From contig VJWM01000044.1 of assembly GCA_010909165.1 (NCBI GenBank), forward strand, positions 2,232,001 to 2,296,000: 64,000 bases of DNA, in the 5' to 3' direction. Shown piece by piece: positions 1 through 12,536 of this stretch. The position numbers and the translations under genes are program-made. Numbering within the stretch: position 1 is the first letter of the stretch; each line of letters opens with the position of its first letter. This DNA is from Anthoceros angustus (lineage: Eukaryota > Plantae > Anthocerotophyta). A model generated the notes under the pieces. That model saw nothing but the letters and a program-made list of their open reading frames with translations. It made no database searches and was not told where the DNA came from.

Positions 1-867
1 AGTAGATTTGACAATGATTTGCAGATGCTCTGGAAGGCAAGGTTGACCTGAGAACGAGAGGGGTTTTATGCCAGAGTTTTTAATGTAGCTGAATTTCTGA
101 GTCAGAAGCTGCTGCAGTACATCCAAACTCTCTTTCCCGTACACAACCAATCGCATAAGATTCGCAGAATAATTAGCATGATAAAACTTCACCAGCTCCT
201 CCCGAGTGTCCACTCCTCGTTTCTTAGGCAAAACATCCAGAGTTTCTATATTCCCTGTCCCAAACTTGTGATAAGGGTGGTCCTCGCAGCTCACCGACTT
301 CCATAACTGATTGATGCGCCATGGATCTGACACCAGGTTCTTGCTGTTCTCTGAGTCGACAGCATTAATCTCCCTCGACACTGCATCTGGAGAGAACAAG
401 GGGCCAATGAAAAATTGAGCAAACCTGTCAAGCGCTTCATCCAAGTGATCAGCATTGACGTCTAAGTGGAAATTGGTGTACTCTGCACCCGTAAACGCAT
501 TGGCGTGGCCGCCATGCTCAGCCAGGAACTTTGAGTAACTGTCCTCCACAGGATACTTCTCGCTAGAAAAGAACAGCATGTGCTCCAGAAAGTGAGCCAG
601 GCCCTCCAGCCCTACCGGATCGCTGAAAGACCCAACGTTTACACTTAACGAAGCTGCTGCCTTGTCTGTCTCTGGATCACTGACCAGCAGCGCCTCCAGC
701 TCATTCGGGAGCACCACTCTGCGATACTGTCTCGTGTCATTCCGAGCCTTGACGATCACAGTATCACGATCAGCTGCCTTGCTGCCCTCCTGAATGCAGA
801 TGGGAAGAGGCTCAGAACCGCTGGTCACCTCTGCCGGCTGTTCTGAACAAGGCTGCGCACGCTCCAT
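1..867 (-). CDS. Insulin-degrading-enzyme-like M16A zinc metallopeptidase, 5' part (runs off window start)
   Basis: Manual translation from ATG at 867 is open to position 1: MERAQ...RQYRRVVLPNELEALLVSDPETDKAAASLSVNVGSFSDPVGLEGLAHFLEHMLF...HPYHKFGTGN. It has the inverted HxxEH zinc motif (HFLEH). No intron in 867 bp. Confidence 0.92.
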   Translation of the reverse strand, partial: MERAQPCSEQPAEVTSGSEPLPICIQEGSKAADRDTVIVKARNDTRQYRRVVLPNELEALLVSDPETDKAAASLSVNVGSFSDPVGLEGLAHFLEHMLFFSSEKYPVEDSYSKFLAEHGGHANAFTGAEYTNFHLDVNADHLDEALDRFAQFFIGPLFSPDAVSREINAVDSENSKNLVSDPWRINQLWKSVSCEDHPYHKFGTGNIETLDVLPKKRGVDTREELVKFYHANYSANLMRLVVYGKESLDVLQQLLTQKFSYIKNSGIKPLSFSGQPCLPEHLQIIVKST

Positions 868-3800
868 CGTGTGATGTAGCAGCCCCAGAGGACGTGAGGA
901 TAGATGTTACTTCAAAGACATACGTTTCAGCTTCGTCAAGCACTTAAGCTTTCTATTCTTCGCGCTTCGTTTCCTCTCCTCAACTTAGCGGTGGTCTTCG
1001 TTAGGGATGTTGTTGCGTTTCTCTTCGACCTTTCTCCATCATTTCATGCAGAAGGAGAAGAAAATTTTATTTAAGTCATGCTGTCCAACAGGAGAGCCAG
1101 AGGCAGCAAGCGTTCTATTCTATTTTGATCTTTTTACATAGGCTACTTCTCGTGGTTGGTATCCTCGTCTGTTCCTCAATTGCCCCTCTCACAATCATGC
1201 TAATGTGGTCAAAAGTTCGGTCGGGAGCTGTCGTAGCAGGAGCTTTAGGTGGTCAAGCGGCAGGAATCGTTGATTAATTATGGACCAGTATATGTTGGCC
1301 TCTTTTTGACATGCTTTGCCTTGTTTTGAAACTAATAATTTTTTGTCTTATTTGGAACAGCTTGCGTATTATGAATTATCCATCAGTGACACACTTCAAG
1401 AGCTAGGCCCGAGATGACCGGCACATTGTTTTCTCCACTTGATTCTGTTGTCATTATTGTTGTCTGAACTTTCTTCTTTCCATACAAGGGTGACAGTTAT
1501 GCAAGGTGTATATTATATTAGTATTATTTGAAATTATTTTTCTGATATATAGTGTAATATATTAAATTTCTAACACGGGGTTGTAATTTTAATTTCTTGA
1601 ATGGCCTCTTGTAATAGATTTCGAGAAATAGAGGTGATGGATATTTTCATTGTGTCATTGGATCTCTAAAAAAAGACCTAAGTGAATTCGCACCCTACAT
1701 TTAGCAATGGAGCCCACTATTTGGGCACTAGCACAACTTGGGTGTCTTCCAGCTCCCGGTATCCATGCTCGTCAACAAGTCCATGACATAGCTCCATGTC
1801 CATTTTGGTCCCATGCCTCATCGCCCGATGTGGAGGCTTAAACTCTATCATGCTTAAATAGCATGGATGCCAAGGTACGGCATGGATGTAGGGTTAGGCG
1901 GAGATAGAAAAACATACATGATTGGAGGATACAAAATAAATATGAGTAGCCTTTTTTGAGATATGACGTTGTCGAGATCCAACTCGCGCTCGGTGAGATG
2001 TAGATAAGATTGCTCAACAACAACAATGATATTCATGTCCACTAAGGGGAGAAGGACCACCATGGGACAAGAAAAATACACTTGAACTGTGGCATACACA
2101 TACAACGTCTTAATTGCAAAGACACAAGAAATAAAAAGAATTGCTCACCGTCATGTTACAAGGGCACGTTGTTCATCAACAACGAGCTTAGGCTAAAGAT
2201 CATAACTGGAAACTTATGAATACATGCATAAGGTTTTAACCTTCAGGCCTTGGGAGCCACGAGGGTCTGGTGGCGACTTAGGACATATGGGTATGGGGCA
2301 TAGGGAATTGGGCATGGCGCATGGGCGGGCATGAGAGGATCACCGACATGGACGTTGGAAAGAAGCTATGGCGTGGCCGCCATGCTCAGCCAGGAACTTT
2401 GAGTAACTGTCCTCCACAGGATACTTCTCGCTAGAAAAGAACAGCATGTGCTCCAGAAAGTGAGCCAGGCCCTCCAGCCCTACCGGATCGCTGAAAGACC
2501 CAACGTTTACACTTAACGAAGCTGCTGCCTTGTCTGTCTCTGGATCACTGACCAGCAGCGCCTCCAGCTCATTCAGGAGCACCACTCTGCGATACTGTCT
2601 CGTGTCATTCCGAGCCTTGACGATCACAGTATCACGATCAGCTGCCTTGCTGCCCTCCTGAATGCAGATGGGAAGGGCTCAGAACCGCTGGTCACCTCTG
2701 CCGGCTGTTCTGAACAAGGCTGCGCACGCTCCATCGTGTGATGTAGCAGCCCCAGAGGACGTGAGGATAGATGTTACTTCAAAGACATACGTTTCAGCTT
2801 CGTCAAGCACTTAAGCTTTCTCTTCGCGCTTCGTTTCTCCTCAACTTAGCGGTGGTCTTCGTTAGGGATGTTGTTGCGTTTCTCTTCGACCTTTCTCCAT
2901 CATTTCATGCAGAAGGAGAAGAAAATTTTATTTAAGTCATGCTGTCCAACAGGAGAGCCAGAGGCAGCAAGCGTTCTATTCTATTTTGATCTTTTACATA
3001 GGCTACTTCTCGTGGTTGGTATCCTCGTCTGTTCCTCAATTGCCCCTCTCACAATCATGCTAATGTGGTCAAAAGTTCGGTCGGGAGCTGTCGTAGGAGC
3101 TTTAGGTGGTCAAGGCAGGAATCGTTGATTAATTATGGACCAGTATATGTTGGCCTCTTTTGACATGCTTTGCCTTGTTTTTGTTTTGAAACTAATAATT
3201 TTTGTCTTATTTGGAACAGCTTATGATTATGAATTATCCATCGCTGACACACTTCAAGAGCTAGGCCGAGATGACCGCACATTGTTTTCTCCACTTGATT
3301 GTCATTATTGTTGTCTCGAACTTTCTTCTTTCCATACAAGGTGTGATTATGCAAGGTGTATATTATATTAGTATTATTTGAAATTATTTTTCTGATATAT
3401 AGTGTAATATATTAAATTTCTAACACGGGTTGTAATTTTAATTTCTTGAATGGCCTCTTGTAATAGATTTCGAAATAGAGGTGATGGATATTTTCATTGT
3501 GTCATTGGATCTCTAAAAAGACCTAAGTGAATTCGCAGCATTTAGCAATGGAGCCCACTATTTGGGCACTAGCACAACTTGGGTGTCTTCCATCCCTGAT
3601 CCATGCTCACAACAAGTCCATGACATAGCTCCATGTCCATTTTGGTCCCATGCCTCATCGCCCGATGTGGAGGCTTAAACTCTATCATGCTTAAATAGCA
3701 TGGATGCCAAGGTACATGGATGTAGGGTTAAGCGGAGATAGAAAACATACATGATTGGAGGATACAAAATAAATATGAGTAGCCTTTTTTGAGATATGAC

Positions 3801-4215
3801 GTTGTCGAGATCCAACTCGCGCTCGGTGAGATGTAGATAAGATTGCTCAACAACAACAATGATATTCATGTCCACTAAGGGGAGAAGGACCACCATGGGA
3901 CAAGAAAAATACACTTGAACTGTGGCATACACATACAACGTCTTAATTGCAAAGACACAAGAAATAAAAAGAATTGCTCACCGTCATGTTACAAGGGCAC
4001 GTTGTTCATCAACAACGAGCTTAGGCTAAAGATCATAACTGGAAACTTATGAATACATGCATAAGGTTTTAACCTTCAGGCCTTGGGAGCCACGAGGGTC
4101 TGGTGGCGACTTAGGACATATGGGTATGGGGCATAGGGAATTGGGCATGGCGCATGGGGCAGCGGGCATGAGAGGATCGCGCCGACATGGACGTTGGAAA
4201 GAAGCTATGGCGTGG
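501..4215. repeat. ~1.85 kb direct tandem duplication (501-2368 / 2369-4207)
   Basis: Near-identical copies. The 8-bp TGGCGTGG occurs at 501, 2369 (junction) and 4208. Copies differ mainly by small indels. Confidence 0.93.
2369..2734 (-). pseudogene. Truncated second copy of the IDE-like 5' end (product of the duplication, or an artefact)
   Basis: Same sequence as 501-867 including HFLEH, with a 1-nt deletion near 2675. The frame leaves IDE sequence after HGGHA at the junction. Confidence 0.75.
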
Positions 4216-4842
4216 GCTTGTTGGCCAGCCCATATGGACACGAAGCGGAAGGCGATTGTCTTGGACAAATGGTGGGCCTCACTGCATGGTGGGGCTTCCA
4301 AATTAAGTTTGTAAGGTTAAATAGCCTCTAGCTTGGGAATGTGTCCAAAGATGAAATGTAATAAATCCAAGAGGGTTGGATATCGGTTAAATATTTAAAC
4401 TAATATACACCTTAAATTTAATAAGCGTGTATATATAACACTCCAATTTAGACCAATCAGACTCGTTCTTTCCAACATGACTTCACTTTACTCAAACCGA
4501 GACTCTCATTGTGTCAAATGGACGTGAGAACCAATTAGATGAACAACAACAACAATAACAATTGTATTCAAGTCCTCTAAGGGTAATAACCAACTACACC
4601 ATGAAGTCCAAATACCATGACATAATAACCCATGGTTTTCTGGTGTCATTGCCTCACATCCTAGTACTCATAGTGTCATGGGGAGATGTAAGTAGGTTTC
4701 TACAAGAAGAATATTATAAGTGAATAATAATTTAATTTTATAAATAATATTTTATAATATAATCTATAAAGATAATAAATAAACTTTTAAGATAAAAGAA
4801 GAAGAAGAAGTCTATTATAGGTGGACTACTAATTAGATATTA

Positions 4843-5123
4843 GATGTGGAGAGTGGTAGTGTTCCTTCCTGTGGAGAGTGGTAGTGTTCCTTCCTGTGGA
4901 GAGTGGTGGTGTTCCTTCCTGTGGAGAGTGGTGGTGCTCCTTCCTTCCTGTGGAGAGTGGTGGTGCTCCTTCCTGTGTGGAGATAGATGTTCCTTCCTGT
5001 GTGGAGATAGATGTTCCTTCCTGTGGAGAGTGGTAGTGTTCCTTCCTGTGGAGAGTGGTGGTGTTCCTTCCTGTAGAGAGTGGTGGTGCTCCTTCCTGTG
5101 GAGAGTTGTGTTCCTTCCTGTGT
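4843..5123. repeat. ~25-28 bp minisatellite (GTGTTCCTTCCTGTGGAGAGTGGTA)n
   Basis: About 11 tandem, slightly variable units visible. Confidence 0.95.
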
Positions 5124-5667
5124 AGTACCTATCTTGGGAGTGGTTTGCTGAGGCGGTGCTCTCTTCGCTCGCGTATCTATATATTCAATCTTGATGTATG
5201 TGAGCTCCACTATATTCAAATATCATATATCCATCACAAAGCTTCTATGCTATGTCATCGAGGGCAATGATCTTGGCTAGGGCTCCTTTATCCTCAAGAT
5301 GTTAAGCCTTATATATCAAGGAGCATATGAACTTATTATTTAAAGACCGGAGCCGAGGATCTTTGTGTTGGCGAACTAGGGGTTGAAACCCTCGGTGGAA
5401 TATGTGCCGTCGTTGGCGGATAAAAAGATCGAAGGCATAGAACCTTTTGAGGATAAAGTGAAGATTGACAAGGCATGGTACATCTTGGGTGACATGCGTT
5501 CTTAAGCTATATGGAATGAGCCAATGGTTGGGAAGATATTTTCACATTCGAATCGAGGTGAAGATAAGGGATGTTATCAATTACAAGCTCATTATATTGG
5601 CGCTTTGAGTGCAGTGCTACAGCGATTACATGTCGAGTTAATCTTTATATATTGGCTACTTGGAGGG

Positions 5668-5935
5668 CTAGGCCCTAGATGTTGCGGTGAGTGTTATGCC
5701 CTAGGTGTTGCGATCTGGGCCCTAGATGTTGCGGTTGAGTGTTATGCCCTAGATGTTGCGGTTGAGTGTTATGCCCTAGGTGTTGCGGTGAATGCTAGGC
5801 CCTAGATGTTGCGGAGTGCTATGCCCTAGGTGTTGCGTTGAGTGTTATGCCCTAGGTGTTGCGGTGAATGCTAGGCCCTAGATGTTGCGATGAGTGCTAT
5901 GCCCTAGGTGTTGCGCTGTTAGCCCTAGATGTTTG
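5668..5935. repeat. ~27 bp minisatellite (GCCCTAGRTGTTGCGGTTGAGTGTTAT)n
   Basis: About 10 tandem units built on GCCCTAG(A/G)TGTTGCG. Confidence 0.93.
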
Positions 5936-8900
5936 CGATTGATTGATGGTTCGGTTGATTGTGTGATTGTTGTGAGCTCTATTACATGTTCGTGAGTCCA
6001 TTTTCATCTGATTCGCTTATCCGCTGCTGGGCTTCTTTACTGGGGGATCTCCGCCTTTTGGGTCTTGAGTTCAGTGTGGGCGTTAGTTTGGTGGTTGGCG
6101 GTGGTCTGTGGGTTGCACCCCTCTTGGTGGGGCCCTTTGGCGGCCTTTTGGGGTTCGCCATCAGACTCAAACTCATGTCCGTCCAGTGGGGTCATTTGCC
6201 CTCGGTCCCGGTACCTCTTGACCTGTTACCCTTCAAGCTGGCGCTTGCAGGCCCTTTTCGTCCCCCATCCAATGGGGCGATCCACACCCTCCGTGGATCA
6301 GGACACTCCTTGTCGATCATGCTCAACTCTGCGGCGTCAAGGGGTGAAAACTCACCTCGGGCACATGCATAAAGATTTCGACGGAGACTACAGGCTGCCC
6401 AAGTGCACGCCGCGACCTCCTCCACGTCCGCCCGGCTTTTGGATAGCTTTCTCCTTGTGGTGCCTCTTTCTTCACAGGAATGGTTGCGGTCGGTGGATCA
6501 CATCCTTGGGATGTTGAAACCCGCTTCCATGTCCGCATCTTCGCGAGCTTCCTCGGCACCTTCACGATGATGCCCGTCGGCATTTCGTCTTCCCTAGATC
6601 GCCTTGCACTCGATCCGGGATGAGTTAGCTTGGTGTCTCCTCCTTCTTCTCCCGATGGTGTCTTGATTGCACTAGGGGAGCTTCACCAAGTGAAGTTGCT
6701 AGCCGTCTTGACGTTTTGGTGGCGGGGCTCTTGAGGAGGAGGTCGTCTTTGCCAAGTCCCGGCGGAATGCTCGGCCAGTTGGAGCAGTGGGTAATGCAAC
6801 AAACCTCGCCGGCAAGTTGCTTGGCGGTGGTGAATATGGTATTTAGGGCTCTTGACCGTCCCTTTGGCCTCCGCTTGAAGAGACAATTGCGCCCTCGTGC
6901 CTCCATCCGCCACCTAAGGATGCCATTCCCGGACATATCCGACTATGTCCCGAGGATCCTTCTCCTGGACCGGGCGGCTTTTGCTCGCTCTCTCCACAAC
7001 CCTCGTCTTTCATCGCGGTTTGTCGGGAATGGTGTTCGAACACCTTAGGGACCTCTTTCTCCCGAAGATCCATCTAGCGGCTTTCGAGCTCTTTTTCTGG
7101 GCTGCTGCGGTGGCTCGTGGAGAGATGCCTCACGGTTCATTGTTCTTGCGGCTAGTAGGCTTGTCGCTATGGACAAACGCCTTTCGGGCGTCGCCCACTC
7201 GCGGTTGGGAGGCCTTCATGCGGCTACTCGGCCGCACGCCGCCCTCTGCTCCCTTCTCCAAAGAAGACTTCAACCCCTTCAATTTGGCATTGCCACTCAG
7301 GCTGCAGTGCATGGTGCTAGGGGTGAAAGCTTGCCTTGATACCCACCGGATTTCATTTGTAGCCTAGTAGGCTTGTCGCTATGGACAAGCTCGCTCCTCG
7401 GCGGCGCCCACTGCGTTGGGAGGCCTTCATGCGGCTACTCACCGCACTATCGCCCGCAGCCGCCTCCTTCTCCAAAGAAGACTTCAACCCCTTCAATTTG
7501 CATTAATACTCCGGGCCGTGAGGTGCTAGGTGAAAGCTTGCCTTGATACCCACCCGGATTGGGTAGTCTTACGGTGGATGTCGAGCGCCTTCAATACCAT
7601 TTCGGGCGTCATCTTTGAGGAGCTTAGGGATCTTGGCGTCCTAGGGAGTCTTATACCCTTTGTCCGGTGCTTCTACGGAGGTCCTCCAACCTCTACTACC
7701 CGGCTGAAACGTCTCTTGAGTTTGTGTCTCGTCTTGGAATCGGCCGAGGTGAGGCCGCTAGGCGGTGCTCTCTTCGCTATTGCTCACTATAGGGCCACCT
7801 GTCTGGGGCCGCCCTCTCCATGTTGTCTTCCTTCGTTGGCGGCGTCCTAGGGAGTCTTATACCCTTTGTCCGGTGCTTCTGGAGGTCCTCCAACCTCTAC
7901 TACCGGCCACGTCTCTTGAGTTTCGCCGTCTCGTCTTGGAATCGGCCCACGGTACGAGGCGACCGCTGGCGGTGCTCTCTTCGCTATTGCTCACTATAGG
8001 GCCTGTCTGGGGCCGCCCTCTCCATGTGCGGTGTCTTCCCTTCGTTGGCGGGCGATTCTCACATCCTCGGGCACAGGGACAAAGTCAAGGAGGCCTTTGA
8101 GATATTCTCTTCGAGCTTTCGTTGGTGGGCTTGAAGGTCAAGATGTCCAAGTGCGTCTGGTCTCGTCGGGGATCCACGCCTACTCGGTTTCTGGGAGATT
8201 GCTCGGCTCTTGATGCAGTTCTTGGGGTCCCCTTTGGTTCCCCGACTTCATTGGGAGCTTCTGGACAAGGCCCTTGGAGGACCTCTCCCATATTGAAGAC
8301 CTCCCTTTCTTTGGAGGATGCTCGGGTGGCCTTTGGAATCCTTTCCTTACATTTTGCTAGGCGCCACAGGTACCTCATCTGTTGCCTCAGTCTCGGTCCT
8401 TTGTCCGGCTCGGGGTTTGATCTGAAGATTATGGATACTCTTGGGGACATCTTGGGCTCGGGGCTTTTGAGTGCCACAGGGCGACTGGCCAGCAAGCATC
8501 CACTGTGCAATTTGGGCGTGGGGCTCTCATGAGGTCTCTTCCCGGCGGCTTTCTTGGGAGTTGGGCCCTCTGCCTTGGCTTCCTGCTTCATCCTCCATGA
8601 CAAGCCCTTTCTCGAGGATCTCGTATCAAGTGTGGAGGAGGGAACCTTCTCTCTCAATCGTCCTTGAGGCGGGCCGGAGACATGTTATCGGCGGATGCTC
8701 GGAAGGACTTCCTCCTTTCTCTACATTTATCAGATGGCTTTAGGGATTGCGAGGCATCTCGCCGAGAAGCGGCTCGGCCGAGCTTTTGATCATCCTCCGG
8801 GACCCCTCCATCTCGAGTCCACTAGGCGGCTCGCTCTTGTTGCAGGAAGGAGGCGGTGTAGCTCTTGGCCCGCCCATGCATACGGGATTTCACAGACTAC

Positions 8901-11900
8901 CTGGCTGCCCAAGTGCACGCGACCTCCTCCTCCACCGCCCCGCATGAGCTTTCTCCTTGTGGTGCCTCTTTTCTTCCGGAATGGTTATGAGTCACCGGAT
9001 CACATCCTTGGGATGTTCAAACCCGCTTCCATGTCCGCATCTTCCGCAGCTTCTCGACCTTCACGATGATGCCCGTCTGCATTTCGCCTTCCCTAGATCG
9101 CCTTGCACTCGATCCCCGGATGAGTTAGCTTGGTGTCTCCTCCTTCTTCTCCCGATGGTGTCTTCTTGCACTAGGGGAGCTCGGGCACCGTGAAGTTGCT
9201 AGCCGCCTCGGGCGGGCGAGGGCTCTTCGTCAGGCGTCGCCAAGTCCCGGAATCGCCGCTTGGAACAGTAATGCAACAAACCGAAGTTGCTTGGCCAAAG
9301 TGGTGAATATGCTCACCGCTAGGGCTCGACCCGCCCTTGGCCTCCGCTCAAGAGACAATTGCGCCCGTGCCTCCATCCGCCACCTAGGATGCCATTCCCG
9401 ACATATCCGACTATGTCCGAGGATCCTTCTCCTGACCGGGCGGCTTTTGCTCGCTCTTCCACAACCCTCGCCTTTCATCTCCGGCTTGTCGAATGGTGTT
9501 CGAACACCTTAGGGACCTCTTTCTCCCAAGATCCATCTAGCGGCTTTCCGAGCTCTTTCTCCGTCATGGCTCGTGAGAGATGCCTCACCGGATTTCATTC
9601 TTGCTAGTAGGCTTGTCGCTATGGACAAGCTCGCCTGCCTCGGCGGCGCCCACTGCGGTTGGGAGGCCTTCATGCGGCTACTCACCGACTATCGCCTCAG
9701 CCGCCTCCTTCTCTTCCAAAGAAGACTTCAACCCCTTCAATTTGGCATTACACCCGTAGTCCGGTGCTAGGGGTGAAAGCTTGCCTTGATACCCACCCGG
9801 ATTGGGTAGTCTTATGTGGATGTCGAGAACGCCTTCAATACCATTTCGGAGCGCCATCTTTGAGGAGCTTAGGGATGTCAAGGCCCTAGGGAGTCTTATA
9901 CCCTTTGTCCGGTTTCTACGGAGGTCCTCCAACCTCTACTACCAAAGACAAGAACGTCTCTTCGTGTTTCGCCTGCCTTGAATCCCATGTGTACTGTGTA
10001 AGGCGACCCGCTAGGCGGTGCTCTTCGCTATTGCTCACTATAGGGCCTGCCTAGGGCCGCCTCCGCCGACTGTGTCTTCCCTTCGGGCGCACGATTCTCA
10101 CATCCTGCCCGGGACAAAGTCAAGGAGGCCTTTGAGATATTCTCTTCCGAGCTACAGGGCTTGAAGGTCAAGATGTCCAAGTGCCCTGTCTCCGCCGGGA
10201 TCCCGCCACTCAGCTTCTCGGGAGATTGCTCTTGGTCTCATGGATTCTTGGGGTCCCCTTTGGTTCCCCGACTTCATTGGGAGCTTCTGGACAAGGCCCT
10301 TGCAGAGACCTCTCCCATATTGAAGACCTCCCTTTGCCGGAGGATGCCTGTGTGGCCTTTGGAATCCTTTCCTTCGCTTTGCTAGGCGCCTGGTACCTCA
10401 TTCACCGCCTCCGCCTCCGGCCTTTGTCCCGGCCCGGGTTTGATACGAAGATTATGGATACTCTTGGGGACATCTTGGGCTCGGGGCTTTTGAGTGCCTG
10501 GGCGACTGCCTCTGCAAGCATCCCCGCCTGCAATTTGGAGGCGAGGACTTCTCATCGAGGTCTCTTCCCGGCGGCTTTTGGGAGTTGGGCCCTCTCCGCC
10601 CGCCTTGGCTTCCTGCTTCATCCTCCATGACAAGCCCTTTCTCGAGGATCTCGTGATCAAGTGTGGAGGAGGGAACCTTCTCTCCAATCGCCCTTGAGGC
10701 GGGCCGAGACATGTTATCGCAGATGCTCAAGGACTTCCTCCTTTCTACATTTATCATCGATGGCTTTAGGGATTGCGCATCTCGCCGAGAAGCCCGCCGC
10801 TTTTCACCGTCTCCAGACCCTCCATCTCTGTGTCCACTAGAGCGCCGCTCTTGTTCGGGAGCAGTGTGGCCACCGCCCGCCCATGCATACGGGATTTCAC
10901 ATCGCACCAACCACCTTCACTCTGCGATGCGATTCCGTCTCGGCCTACTCCGGCTGGGCTTCTTCGCTCCTCACTTGTGAGTGCGGCTCTGCTCTTAGCG
11001 TCTCGGTGTCCACCTTGCTCGTTGTCCCCAGTCGCCGCATTGCCACTCATGGCGCCATCCGTGGCGTCATGTTTGCCATTGCTCGCGAAAGTGGCTATAT
11101 GGCTGGAGGAGGCGGGAGTATACTCTTCTTCAGTCGTTCAATCGGCGGACTTATACCTTGTCGACCCGAGGTTGTGGTGGCGGATGTAGTTCTTGACCGC
11201 GTGGCGCCACCTCACTCAGTCATCCTGGTCAGGCTGCTGCCCGTCTGACTCTCAAGGTCCATAAGTATAGCGAGGATGCAAGCGGCCACCTCTTTATCCG
11301 CTTGCTCTAAAGCGTATGGGGCAATGGTGAGGACTTTGACAAATTCATCAAGTCTTGTGCCAAAGCTTACCATCTTGTGCGGGCATAGTGCGTTCCCTCT
11401 CGTACTTCCACATACTTCCGGCGGGTTTCTATTGCTCTTGGTAGGCGCTCTCAGCGATTCTCCATAAGGCGGCGGTGGGTGATGCCTTTTCCTCTTCCTC
11501 GTGGTTTGCGGGCCGTTTATTCTACATATGACATTGTAGTGCGATTGGTCACTTTAGGTAGGGAGCTCGATTGCTCCTCTTCACTCCGACCCCCGGGTCC
11601 CCATTTGTTGTCCCTTCCTAGATGGTCTCTTTCCATCGTTCTTTCACCTCAATAAATCATCTCTTTCTTTAACTGAAATAAAAAAAAATAGATATTACAT
11701 ATATATGTGATAAGATAAAAATTAAAAATATTCAAATTAAATATTATGTATATAGAAGAAGAAGAAGAATTTTATTTAAGTCCACTAAGGACGGATTTCC
11801 GTCATGGGACTTGGTACTTAACAACTTGTACCATGGTGTGCCTAAGCTACTTGCACCAAGGGCATCCACTCCCTTTAGGCACCCCATCTAAGTACCGATC

Positions 11901-11957
11901 CAAGCTTTACGGCGTTCTTATAAATGTGTGTCCATTTGGCCTAGGCCATTTAGACTA

Positions 11958-12307
11958 CCGTACCCCGAGGGGTGATTCGATATTAATTAATTAAAATTAG
12001 TAAAAGTTGAAAATCCAGAAACTATGATACTTAAAATGTAGAATAGGTAAAAATTTATGAATTTATGATGCCAAAAATAAGGAAACTAGGGTTTGTGTGG
12101 AAAATTAGGGCCTATTTAGGGGAGATCTATACATATCCATTAGTTTTATATATATACCTATGTATTTAATAAATATTTAAATTTGATTAAATTATTTTTT
12201 TATAAATTTTGAAATTTTGAAAATATAAATATTTATGTTGAACCTTATTTGTTTTCAAAAATTAATTATTTCGGCATTATCCTGTTGAACCACCCCTCGG
12301 GGTACGG
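11958..12307. mobile_element. MITE (Tc1/mariner-type, TA target duplication), 350 bp
   Basis: Left end CCGTACCCCGAGGGGTGATTCGA; right end TTGAACCACCCCTCGGGGTACGG (23-bp TIR, 2 mismatches). TA on both flanks; AT-rich non-coding interior. Confidence 0.88.
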
Positions 12308-12536
12308 TATACTATATATGATTCCCATCCCAATATAGTACCACCCACCTGCACCTTCAATCCTATATAGGATTATGATTCGGAGTGCCCACTCCAAAGG
12401 TAAAGCCCCTATTACCTGGATGTTTTGCGTCAGCTCAGGAATTATGTGATCCTATCGAACACAAACTAAAACGCATATCTGAGCCCTAGCTGAGGAAAAC
12501 GAATTCATCCTGTCTGGACGATCAGTTCCGCCAAGC

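Larger units (their letters stand above)
4843..11688 (+). mobile_element. Degenerate CRE/SLACS-like non-LTR retrotransposon (RT + CCHC + restriction-like endonuclease region), internally duplicated
   Basis: Frameshifted RT pieces: VKACLDTHPDWVVL..D..NAFNTIS, SLIPFVRCFYGG, (GD)PLGGALFAIAHYRA, DSHILG, GLKVKMSKC, LGVPFGS. C-terminal CECG..HLARC..RIATHGAIRGVMFAIARESG and VVVADV. AATAAA at 11651, A-tract to 11688. Candidate TSD TAGATATTA at 4834-4842 and 11689-11697. Confidence 0.75.

Noticed and set aside
1000-2340. Short hydrophobic ORFs upstream of IDE (and duplicates at 2868-4314)
   Set aside because: No recognisable domain, and frames differ between the two copies.
4833-5219. Repetitive ORFs on both strands
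   Set aside because: Translations of the minisatellite.
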